Shown in pieces: positions 41,275 through 53,142 of a stretch of DNA of 124,000 nt (its first letter is position 1; the number at the start of each line of letters is the position of its first letter). The DNA comes from Wallemia ichthyophaga EXF-994 (Eukaryota; Fungi; Basidiomycota). The stretch lies in contig NW_008806282.1 of NCBI RefSeq assembly GCF_000400465.1, forward strand, positions 20,001 through 144,000, read 5' to 3'. Both the position numbers and the translations under genes were made by a program. The notes under the pieces were generated by a model. That model did no database searches and was not told where the DNA came from. It saw nothing but the letters and a program-made list of their open reading frames with translations.

Positions 41275-43113
41275 TCACTTGGCCTTACGCTTGAGAAGAC
41301 TGTCACCGTAAAGCTTCTTGGCGTACTGCTCTTTCATTCTTGCCATGCATTCCTTGTTGGCTTCCTTCTCATCAATCATAGGCTCTGGATAGTCTTTCCC
41401 GATTTTCTGAAAATGTGTTAGATCGTCCTCCTACGCATGGCTCACTCACACATCCAGCCTTCTTCTGCACATCTTCAGGTGCTTCCCAAGGCTTGTAGAT
41501 ATATTTGTCCGGATATTCCTTCAGCTCTGGTACGTACTTCCTGACTAATTTGCCCGTCTTGTCATATTTGGAGGGAAAGGTCGTCATACCATAATTTCTG
41601 TAGTATTGGTGGAAAAATGCTGAACAAGATAACCACATCCAATTGCCAGCGTTGGAAGCTGGGTCTTGGTCAACCAAGTACCTATCAAATACCTCAGCAC
41701 CTCTCTCCCAGCTAATATACAATTGACCTCGGGTGAGGAAACCCGCAACACAGTGTCTGGCGAGATGGTGCATCCAGCCTTCTTGCTTGAGCTGACGCAT
41801 AGCCGCATCGACCCATGGAAATCCTGTGTTGCCATGCTTCCACTTCTCGAGAGCTTCCTCGTCCTCTTTCGATCCTTTTGGACGGGGGAAAATCTTCTCA
41901 CCATCCTCGTCATAAGCGTTGCAGAGCTTCCAGTCTATGACTCTGCATATTTTATTCCCTCTTATCTGTCCGAAAGGCTTTCCAATGCCCAGTTGAGCTG
42001 CGAAATACATCTCTCTAAAGATAAGTTGTCCTGGAAGATTTTCAGGCTCGGAGCTAGTTTCGCCATCATAGTTCTCCATCAGATCAACGACCCTCCAGTA
42101 GAACTCACGCACACCCAACGCGCCGAACTTTATATAGGGCGACAATTGTGTAGTGGCCGGAGGATCGTACTCTGAGGGAGATGTTTGAGGCTTGCGGAAT
42201 GTAGCTGTTGCGTCCTTATCTTTGATCCACTTGTCAAGACGTCTAAGTGCCTCATCTTCACCACCAGGAATCTGCGTAGTTGCATCCTCTGAATCCAGAC
42301 CCAACTCTTCCAGAGAAGGTGGTTCCAGTGAGTCTTTTGGGCCTGTAACTGAGTCGTAAGCCGTCATCTTGCCCTTGCGATGCTCTTCGTTGACGTCATG
42401 ATCTGACTTTACCTTTTTAACTTCCTTTTTAATTGCATCCAACTTGAGATCATCTGCTTTTGGCACATCTTTTGGTGCTTGAAGGGGACGCTCGATTTTC
42501 ATATCCTTAGCCGCGGCTTTGAAAGCCGTTGCAGATGTAATTGTCTTACCCTTCTGCTTTTCAACGATGGCGTCGATATCGTAAAGTGTGTGTCCAGTGA
42601 TATCTAAAACTTCCACGTTTGCATCTTTTGCTAGTTTCTTGATACTTTCGTCGCGCTCGATCGCGTATGGCGCTGGATCCTGCAGCTGTCAGGGCGCGTT
42701 TGACTGACGTCATAGATACCCACTTTTTCATAAACAAGGTGTGTGATATTCCACTGCTTGAATAGCACAGGGAATAGGTCGGCTGGGGCAGCTCTAAACA
42801 CGTGAAGCTTGTTGCCCATCTTGCTCAGTTTTTTGTCTATCTCTTTCATGGACTCGGTCAGGAATTTGTATCTGCTGAGTGAGATGGAGCAGCGAGATGA
42901 GAGTTGGCCTACCTATTTGGACCAACTGGGCATTCAAAGTTGAAGTAGGGATCCCAGGTCCATACCTTTACTCAATCAGGGACGAAAAGTACCGATAAAA
43001 CCTAAACCTACGGGGAAGAACACCTCAGGCTTGAGTTCCAATCCTTTTAGAAGCGCAGGTGCATCGTGCAACCTCAAGTCAGTTCTAAACCAGTGTAATA
43101 CGCGTGCTGGCAT
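41275..43113 (-). CDS. (6-4) photolyase / animal-type cryptochrome family protein
   Basis: LHWFRTDLRLHDAPAL, GGEDEAL, TTQLSPYIKFG, GQLIFREMY, TGFPWVDAAMRQLKQEGWMHHLARH, NAGNWMWLSCSAF. Confidence 0.9.
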
Positions 43114-43363
43114 TAGTGTGGCGTGAGTGGTGAGTGAAGGAAGATAATCTTAGCTGAGAATCAAATAGATTACGTTATGACATTCAAAGTATATTTATGA
43201 CAATGTATTTGAAAATGCTGATTTTTGCTAAGTGTCCGTCTAATTAAGTTATTCTAGGTAATGATCACTAATGATCACGCTTTTAGGTTGTCTAATAAGA
43301 ATTATCGCAAGTTTAATCGTATATTGGGTTACTATGCAGGTAGTTTTTAGATTGTAAAGGTCT

Positions 43364-45460
43364 TCAAACTCTCTCCCACTCTTCAGGTTCGGGCCAACGA
43401 GAAGTAAACCAATTGCCCATCAATTCATTGATTGCGGGTATGTCTTTCTCCTTCTTGACGTCATCATTAAGGCAGATAAATGTGGTATCTTGGTGTGTAT
43501 CTGCCATATCAAGTTGCTGTTTTAGTTGAGATGGATTGTACACTTTCGTGAACTGTGACGGCGTTTCACCAAATACGTGGTTGTATCTCATTATCAGCCT
43601 TGCTGCAAATGACCTGGGTGACGTTTCCCCGTCTAAGACAGTGTTCAATTTAAAATCAGCGTCGTGCCAGTCGTCGTTCAGTGGAAGATTTGGAACCCCA
43701 CTAAACTGTTTAAGGCTGTCTTTAGGTGGTAGAAAGATTTCCAAACCTTTGCTACCTCCTTGTGAGATTAACTGAGTGATTACTAACCCTTCTGTCAGCT
43801 GCATCGGGATATTCCGAAAGTACTTACTGCAATCACCGCAATCACCATATTGTTCGAATGCAATATGCTTAAACAACTCTTCGGCTGTACTTCCTTGCTT
43901 GAAGCATTGCTCTTTTGTAATTGTGCAAGCTTTCAACCGTTTATCATCTCTCAAATCAGGCCACCCATGGCGACTGAGCAATCTATGCCATATTTGTCGA
44001 AGATAACCAGGACCATAGCCATCCATACTTGAAAATGCATACTCGGTGTTGAGTGGTTTGGGTATATGTGCATTATTCAGAGTTTTTTCGAGCTCTTCAT
44101 CCTCAACCGTCACTCTATGTGGAACGTAAACTTGGTGCTTCAACGACTCACCGCCTGTGAGTTCACTCCACATTTTATCTGTGTCGATTACTTGATTGGA
44201 AGCGCCCCATTTTCCTACTATCCATGACCACAGCAGAGCCTCACGATGTCGCTCAGTTATGAACCATGAAGCAAAAAAGAAGGATTGGATAGCCCAAGGA
44301 GCATCTTTTGTATTTCTGAATCGTGCTAATGTGACGTTGTTGAATGAGTTGTCAAACATTATGGCAGCCTCATTGAGGATGGGCAGCGACAGACTGCGAG
44401 CGTGATGTGCGATATAGGGTCTCCACCTCATACCGAACCGTCTTCCCAGAACCCAAGACGATCTAGCAATAGCGACACCTTCGCCATTCCGTGATCCTAG
44501 AGGCTTTTCTTGTGGAACGTACATACTGTAACTTAAACTACGCAGAACTGGACCGTGAAGTGGGGAGTAGTAGTCGCTGACCTCGTTATTCTTAAGTGTA
44601 AAAAAGTCATCGTTGTGGTAAACTATAGTGTCTGATTGGGCGTCTATGTTGTGCATTTGACCTTCTATAGCAAATGAGTTGAAAGTTGGAAGTGAGGCGG
44701 CCCTCCATTCAGCATTGAGATTATTCAGCTGATCTTCTGTTAATGATTGAGACTCGGGAATCGTAGGCATACGCCGGAAGAAGTTGAAGTGATGGTGCAT
44801 TTCAACCTTTTCATGATCGTTCAACCAAAACGGATGCTGTGCAATCTGGTTACCACCTTCCGGTGAGTCGTACGAGGAAGCAAGAATATGATACTGTCCA
44901 ACATTCTGTCCAACTGAGCGTTCGATTGATCTGAGTGCGTATCTAAGTTCATCGTGTTCTTGATAGCGGTGCTGGCTATCAACTTTCTGATCAGAGAATG
45001 CTTGCAAGGCAGAGATCTGCACGGGATCGCTGTCAATTTGTTAGGAATGTGATTGATCGCTCAATCGAAACGCTTACCTTCCGTTGACCCAGGGGAAGAC
45101 AGGATCGATAGTGCTAAATTTCTTAATATCAACGTCTTTGCAATGCTCCCCCCAAATTCCAGCCCCAATCCACTCGTCCACGCAGAGATCTGGCAACGCT
45201 TGATGAAACTTGATAGGTCGTACAGCTCTAGAGGCAGAATTTGGAGGATTTGAGCTGGAAAATACCTCGTGGCTCTCATCCTGTCCAACAACGATCAATT
45301 TGTATATCTCTTTAACCTCGCCATTCCCTTTGTATGTGTATACAATCAACAGGAGCAACAGGACAGGAATGGCGAGTAACTTGGTGGCATTGTTCTTCAC
45401 GCTTGCTTGTGTTATAGGCAGCGGCAAGTATCCATTATGCCTGAATTTACTGAAGACCAT
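43364..45460 (-). CDS. Stealth-family phosphotransferase, Xpt1-like (type II membrane)
   Basis: N-terminal TM; CR1 DPVFPWVNG, CR2 DELRYALRSI / LPTFNSFAIE / YHNDDFF, CR4 ICLNDD. Confidence 0.85.
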
Positions 45461-45770
45461 CTCAGCTGCTCACTGCATAGATCAAAAGTCGGCCACAGCG
45501 AGATCGACTGCTTAGACCAAGTCAAAATTTATTGACGTTGCCGCTTTGTAATTGCGTGTGCATGTAAGTGCTTGAATATCTAAATTATTATCTATATCAA
45601 TTTGTGTTTATAACATCACATCCAGCTCTATATGTTTAATTTTCCGAGCGCAAAAATTAGGAAGAAAGCTTTTGTAGAGCTGCTTTAAGGCATTATGCAC
45701 TTCAGAAAAAGAAATACACCAGCTTGATTTTCAACCTTAGTCAAATTTTCAGCTACAATTTACAATACAA

Positions 45771-46796
45771 TTACAACTCAAAAACACATTCCAGAGTAGC
45801 CGGATCAACGAACTGGATACATTTGAGTCTATGGAGAAGATGTCAGTCACATTCCTCGCAAATGCCAGGTGCATGAGCCCACCTTCCATCAATCACTAGA
45901 GTCGTTGCCGGGTCGACCTCGCCGTCTTCGCTCACGCCAGCATTCATTATAATGTAGTTGATACTGGACGCGTCAATTAGTGAAACAAACGAACGAGCGT
46001 CCTAACCCACGTATTCAATGTCTCATCAACAACATCACAAACTGTAATTCCCTCGTCGTTCTCAACTCTGCTGACGTGATCGCCTACGTGAAGGTCGAGT
46101 TTATGCTGAGGAGGTTCTGTCGCCATACAGTAGTACGTCTGAGGATGGTCTACTAGTTTTTCCCGATAAACATTGTCTGGCAGAATAACCTCCACGCTGT
46201 CGAGCGTTGTGCACGACCTATTGAACCAGAGTGCGGCGAGTGAAGGGTGTGCTTTTACTGTCCTCACTTTGCTGCGTGAACGACTCCTGCTACGTGATCT
46301 TGAGTTGGATTCTTGTCTTAGAGACCTGCTAGAATTCCCTGTACTAATTTAACATTATGAGGCGAGGGAGTAATTCAAACTCACTAAGCGGTCTGACCAT
46401 ATCGACAGCCTCTTCAGGATGCTCGACTTGCATATGGGCCATTTCTGCATCCACCTCTTCCAGAACGTCATCTTCCTCACTGGATGACTGTGTTTTCCAA
46501 TTGATCGGTCCTCTTCTGCCTCTGCTTCGCTCCTCACTGGCTGCTCTCTTGCCAATGCTTTGGAATGTATCTCTCACGCCATTTCTGTGCACTGAGCGCG
46601 ACCTGCTCCTCGATCTTGATCTGTCTGGTCTGCCTATTCTTGCATTGGCTGACACAGCTTTCCAGCTCAAGTTGTCGTCGAATAGCTCCCGCAGCGTACT
46701 GCAACTCTGCGATAGCATGTCCAACGAGGCTGGGTCTAGATACTCTGGCAACAACAGCAATATCTCTGACGGCAATTCAAGTAGACTGTAGCTCAT
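45771..46796 (-). CDS. F-box protein
   Basis: LLELPSEILLLLPEYLDPASLDMLSQSCSTLR at the N-terminus; multi-exon; ends CIQFVDPATLECVFEL*. Confidence 0.7.
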
Positions 46797-47005
46797 CGTT
46801 GTTGGTTTGAAACAAGTGGAATTCATATCCGTGTGGATGACATCACTCTCACTCTTCCCCGCCTCACGCTATCCGCGAACCGCTTGAAGCGAGCGTCTAA
46901 ATTTGCCAAGACTGTCAATTTCATTGTGTTTATTTCTACATTACACGTGATAGCGTGTTCATGTTAAATCAATGTGTCATTCTGATACAAGTAAATCAAG
47001 TAAAA

Positions 47006-49772
47006 TTAAAGATTATTTACAGACGTTGAACTCCTCAAATGAGAAGCATTTCTACGTATGCTGTTCCGTAAATTGGCTCGAACGCCTCCTGAACGTGTAG
47101 ACACGTCGTCCGATATTTGATTGCTATGTCTCATAGAGGCTTGTATAGCTGCTTCAGTTTGGGCTATTTCCATAGCATCTGTGTTTGCGCTAGAAAGGTC
47201 TTCCTGTCTCACTCTCCTCCTTCTTCTCCGTCTTGGCAGTGTAGTGAGCTTCGGCATTGGACGATGGTCCAAATCTACTGATACATTGGTAGATGCTTGT
47301 AGTGCCTTTTTGTATACGTTAGATTTATATCTTTTCATATACTATATACCCACCTCAATCCAGTCTATCACTGATGACTGGTCGTATGCCTGTATAAGAA
47401 ATTGCTCCTTGACACCCTTGTCAGACAGCAAACGAACTCTAATAACATTCCGTCGCTTGACATAGTCTGCTGCAAGGCCGCTTTCGGCATTTTGTAACGA
47501 ATATTTCCGCAGTAAAGTTGGTGCATACTTGACGTTATTCGCAGGTGCATTTATATGATTTTGGAATGATGGTCTTTGCGCAAGAAGTTGTGGTAGCGCA
47601 GGTACTGGAGGAATAGGGGCATCTGCCGGAGGTGGTTCATGTACATAAGCACTTTCAACATCTGCTTCATTAAGATCGTTAATTTCTGAAGAAAGCAGTG
47701 CACGACCGTGATCCCATTTGTCTGCTTTGTATATTTTCAATACCGTACCATGTAATACCACGTAGACTCTCCTCCATGTCCTGTCTCTCGCTTGGTTGCC
47801 AGGTGACGTAAACTCCATCTTGCGTGGCATTAGTCCTTCAATATGTATACCACACTTATATTTCGGTAGCTTCTCTCTGCCCTCTTCCTCGCGAGGTCTT
47901 ATTATCCTCCTTATTCCACCAAAAATTGTCTCACGTAATGCAACCTCGTCGTACTGTGGAGGTGCCACCATCATATTTGGAAGCGACAATCTCCTCTTGG
48001 CTGCGTTAGGTGTTCCATGGGCGGGCAACGGTGTAATTGGGGGAGGTGGACTGAGTGGCGTGCTATTGAATATCTCCTTCCAATTACGACGCTCTTGCTC
48101 CATCTGAGCCGAGTGTGCTGTTGCAGGTGACGTTGGTGGGCTAGTACCGACGCCAATCTCGCGCGTACTTGAACTACTCTGAACCAAATCGTCGACCTCA
48201 ACAACTGGACTGGATGGTACTTGGGCTCTTTCCTTTCCTTTGAGAGTAATGTCTTTCTCGCCATTCAGCGGAGAGTTCAGCCCTACTCCTAATCCCTCGA
48301 TCACTTGAGGCGATTGAAAGGAGGATAGGTCTGTAAGTGACCGAGACATTTGCCTGCCGCAGGTTTTGGTACTTGCTACTGCGAGCGATGGAGCTTCATC
48401 AATAACATCCTTGTTAAGTTGAGTGACGTCTTTGTGAGACGTTGTCCGGTTTGGTATACTAGTTTGGGTGGGTTGTGTAGGTTGTAAAGGTTGCTTTGGT
48501 TGCGGTGGTGGTGGAGACGAGTCGACGCTGGTCAGCATGATTGAACTCGTTAATCTTCGCAATGCCTCTGGTGACCGTGAGCCTTCTTTGGCAGAGTCCT
48601 CTGATGGGCGAGCATCGTCTAGAGTACTTTGAGTGTTTTGCCTTGATCTCTGCTGAACGGTGACTGAGGATGCAGTTCGCTGATTCAACTTTGGTGGCAG
48701 CACGGAGGATGATTTTCCTGGAGTGCCATTGGCACCTGGGGATATTGGAATGGCACGAGGTGTTTGTGGGGGCACGAGAGCATTTGAAGGCGGCAGGCTA
48801 AAGTAATCGGTCGTTGGTGCATGTGGAGCACTTGGTCGCCTATATTGTTCTACTTGCTCGTCTTCGCCGTCGTCATCCTCAAAGCTATCTTCACTGTCGA
48901 TATCCTCAAGTTCGGAAGCTTCGGCAGTTTCGGCGTTCTCGTGGCTCTGCGAAGCTTGCACAGTAGATGAAGGGGGCTTTGAAGGATCAGCTGAGCCACG
49001 GGCGAGCGTGGGGAGTTGCCGAGCAGCTCTACGGACGTCTCTTGGCGAAGTTGGAGGAGTCGCGTGACTGATGAACTGATCACGAATCGGCGGTGGAGGC
49101 TGCGCTAAAGGATTGAAGGGAGAGAAAGTGGGAAGACTGAGACCTTTAGGCGTGGAAACTCCTGTGATTTATTTAGTGAAGCGCTATGACATAAAGTAAT
49201 AGCTCACTTGGTATAGGCGAGAAAGTGGATAAATCTGGGGGAGCCAAAACATCATTTTCAGGTGACAAGGGTTGTTCACGGATGCTTTCTTGGTTATTCT
49301 GTGGCTGTGGCTGCTCCGACTCGAGCTCTTCGCTGTAGTTTGGCGGGTGATCGGTATGTGGGACACCGTGGGGCACCTCAGTATCGCTGTGCTGCTCGTG
49401 GTGCTGCTCGTGATGCTCAACATCGCTGATCCTAGGGCTATTGGAAGGCTGTGAACTAAAATTGGAAGCGTGCTTATCGGCTAGGGAATAAGTTAGCGTG
49501 CGAGTGTGGATAGGCAGAGCGAACGCACCCTTTGAGGAAACATTAACATTCTCATTGCTGCTGTTCTTATTTGATTGATCGACTGGGATTATTGGACTCG
49601 TATCGCTATTCATTCCACCCAGATTGTTGTATAGGGATCCTCGTTTCGGCGGAATGAGAGCTGCTCTAACTGCAGAAGCGATGTGATGCTGGTGCTGCTC
49701 AATCTCCTCCTTATTGTCTGTAGATTGCTGATTCTGCTGCTGCGTACGCTTCTTGAACAGATTCTTCATCAA
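47006..49772 (-). CDS. Low-complexity protein with C-terminal split PH domain
   Basis: RDRTWRRVYVVLHGTVLKIY...YSLQNAESGLAADYVKRRNVIRVR...EQFLIQA. Confidence 0.8.
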
Positions 49773-49943
49773 CGTAGTTATTCAATAGCTGTGGCGTGTA
49801 TATCGCGTGCCAGTCTAACCGAATTCTTGGTTATTCATGTCAACAATTCCAATCCAAATCCCTTCCATTATCCCACTTACCAATTTATATCGGCGAATCG
49901 TCGTTGAGGATTGAAACGCTTCCCTGGTTAATCGTTAATCGCA

Positions 49944-51571
49944 ATGACGAGGTGAGATATTTTGTTTTTTAAAAAAAATAAGTTATAAATCTCAAACATC
50001 ACAGAAATAAGGGAAAATCTCGGGAAATTGTTGACGACGAGCAGCTTCTAGGCCACGAGATGCATCATCTTAGCACCGACGACGACGCCGACAAAGATCG
50101 CGAGCATGTCAGCGACTGGTCCACGTTCTGGGGTGAACCTGATCCCTCTGAATCCAATGGGATTCGCTCAAAGTATCTTTCTCCTTTTTCTCCCTTGCTA
50201 TTCGCTAACTCCCACTTAGTTGGAAGAAGAACTTATACCAGCTCTTACAAGAACCTACAAGCTCACAAGGCGCTTTCACAATACACATATGTGTCACTCT
50301 TCTCATCGTTATCGCTGCCCTTCTCACCATTCTCGAGACTATACCCAGCTTCAGAGCGATAGATTCGCGCATTTGGTTCGGTTTTGAGACTGCTATCGTC
50401 GTAATTTTCACAATTGAGTACTTTGCTAGAATCGCTGCTCACTCTGATTCTTGGGTCCGTCTTATTCTCTTCGGTTATCTCGCCGCTAACCCTACTCAAG
50501 TCAATGCTCTGGAGATGGTCAAAATCCTTTTTTGCTCTTATAGATCTCGCTTCTATTCTTCCTTACTACATTGAAGTTGCTATACAAACCGACGCAGTAT
50601 GTTCAATTGTCCAAATGTCTTACTTGTCTCACAGCTGACGCCTTACCACAAAGTCCAACTTCTTCCATTTTTCGATACTGCGGACGTTTCGACTACTCAG
50701 AGTCTTCAGAGCCTTCAGATGTATGTTCATCTTCCCTGACCGTTGTTGAGAGCCTAATCTCTGCTTCAGACTCGAGTAAACTGTTACTCACCATTGAAGT
50801 GATGGTGCTATCTTTCAAGAGATCTGCAGATGCACTCATTGCACTGTCTTTCCTGGTCTGTACCCTCGTCGCATTATTCGCTACCTTTTTATACTTTATT
50901 GAACGTGGAAGCTGGGACGCAAATCTTGAACAATTCATGAATAGCGACGGCCAGCCTTCTTCTTTTGAAAGTATACCTGCTGCAGCTTGGTAAGGTGCTT
51001 ATTTCTATTTGAGAACCAGCTAAAATCATCCTTTAGGTTTGTTCTGGTCACCATTTCCACAGTCGGTTATGGTGAAGTTACGCCAACGACTACGATAGGA
51101 AGATTAATTACTCTACCTTTGCTTGTGTTTGGGTTACTGCTGATTGCTTTACCTTCTTTTGTCTTGGGGAGGAACTTCTCGATTGGTTGGTGGTTACTGT
51201 ACGTCTAAATACAACACTGACACAGCAAACTAGTATGGGACACTGTCACATCACACCATAACACAGAGACAATACCTAAGAAACGCAATTACACAGCTGT
51301 TCCAACAGCAGCAGGTTTCGATATTCCATCTGAGCCAGAACCAATTTTCGACTCGCGCCAACCTTATGGTAGTTCCGACAATACAGCACTCAGACCTAAT
51401 ATGGACAACAGGCATAATACACAAACTGAAGAGAATTATTTAGCTAGTACAAGCACAATGAGTAATGAATCGAATGTTGTTGATGAAGTAAAGTCACTCA
51501 GACTAGCAATAAATCAGCAGTCTCGCGATATCAGAATTCTCATGGATGCTCTGTCGCAGCGGCAGATTTAG
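49944..51571 (+). CDS. Voltage-gated (Kv/Shaker-like) potassium channel
   Basis: S4 ILRTFRLLRVFRAFR; pore FESIPAAAWFVLVTISTVGYGEVTP; S6 LLIALPSFVLGRNFS. Confidence 0.88.
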
Positions 51572-51741
51572 TTCTATTCCACCTTGCTGATCTTGCTGTT
51601 TTGATTCGGATAAATTTGTAATTTGCAATTTGCAATATAGTAATATGTATCTTAACTCTCAACTAACGTTACAAAAGTAACGCAAGTTCTAGACAGGATC
51701 ATGATAGCATTGATACCCAATCCCGTTGAATTACTCAACAT

Positions 51742-53094
51742 CTAGAAATATTTTCCTTTTAAAGCGTAGTTGTTTTTGTTTGGCGTTGTAGATGCCATAG
51801 AAGTGTCATCATGTTCTGGTGTATCTTTCAACATCCACGCTATCTGGGGAGGACTATACGGCGTTGGGGCCACGAGAGACCTTCCACTAGGGATTTGAGA
51901 TGTCAATGATTGTGATGAGGGTATGATTTGAAAATGAACCTGAGGTCTTGGTCAGATTTTTGGCAACGCATTGCAATTCCATATGCATACAGTGTCATTC
52001 AGCTGTTTGTAGGCTTTGAGAAAGGTATCTATAGAACCAAGCTCGATGTCTAATTCATTTTTGCGTTCATCGCGAGCCTTTCGAGTGCTCCTGCTCAATA
52101 TTTTAAGCCTCTCTGACGGACTTGAGGAAACACTCTCGGTGAGTTGCTCAGAAGCAGTCTTAAGCCACGCTATAGCAAAACCAGTATTACCGTTATTTGC
52201 AGCGTCGATACCGAGCCATTTTTTTGCCACTCCGGCATGAAATATATCTCTTCTCTTCATATAAGCTTTGAGATCTGCGGGTAAGTCGACATGCTGAACG
52301 CGCAGAGTGGATTTGATAGAGCTTTTCAGCATGACTCTCGAGGCATTAAACAGAGATGACGTATCTAGGTGCAGTTTGAGCAGAATTTGAGGAGATGGGT
52401 GTGTCTTTGGTATCGGTGGTCCGGGGTTGTGAAGCGTGTAAGCGTGCAGAGGTGACATCAGTTTCCTAATAGCTAGCGATTGTGAGACAGCCAAGCTGAG
52501 CTTAGAAAGACCGCTGTTATACTCTCTATTGAGTATTGGCGTGTCTGCGTCACGAGCACCCTCGTACCTATCGATGGCGGTGTCTGAAATGTATCTAAAC
52601 ACACCAGCTGAAGTGTTGAGAAACCCAATAGCGGTTTGAAGCACATTATCACCTTCTTTTCTGCTGCTTTCTGGTAATGTCGGTATAGAGTCATATGATC
52701 CAATGTTTTCTGCCAAGCCTTGGGCGTGATTAAACAGAGCTAAAGCATACACATGCAATACGTGTATAGTTTCGAATGTGAGGCTGCTTGATGAACTCGA
52801 TTTGCCTTTAGCCGATAGCTGTGAAGGCACAGTCCATACGAAGGACTCGTCGGATATAGCAACAATCGAATCATTAAGAGCTGCTCTTTCAAGTGAAAGG
52901 ACATGAGGCAAATAGTCCAATACGGATGAAACCAATGAAAGATGATCCCTCTTATCTGACTTGAGTGCTGAGTAGATATGCGCACGCTTGGCCGTGGATT
53001 CCGAGGCACGAGAGGAGTAATCTGCAGAAGTTGTAGACGTGAACATTTTACTGAACCAGATTGATTGAGTCGTTGGATATTGTAATCTAATCAT
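51742..53094 (-). CDS. palC: BRO1-domain pH-response protein PalC-like
   Basis: LQYPTT start, SSVLDYLPHV, LNTSAGVF, NTGFAIAWL, YKQLNDTV, SGRSLVAPTPY, YALKGKYF*. Confidence 0.75.
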
Positions 53095-53116
53095 GATGTG
53101 ATGGGCGTATTGAACA

Positions 53117-53122
53117 ACGCGT
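53117..53122. promoter_or_regulatory. MCB element between the PalC and SMC1 start codons
   Basis: ACGCGT. Confidence 0.45.
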
Positions 53123-53142
53123 TTCTCACTTACACGTCCAAG

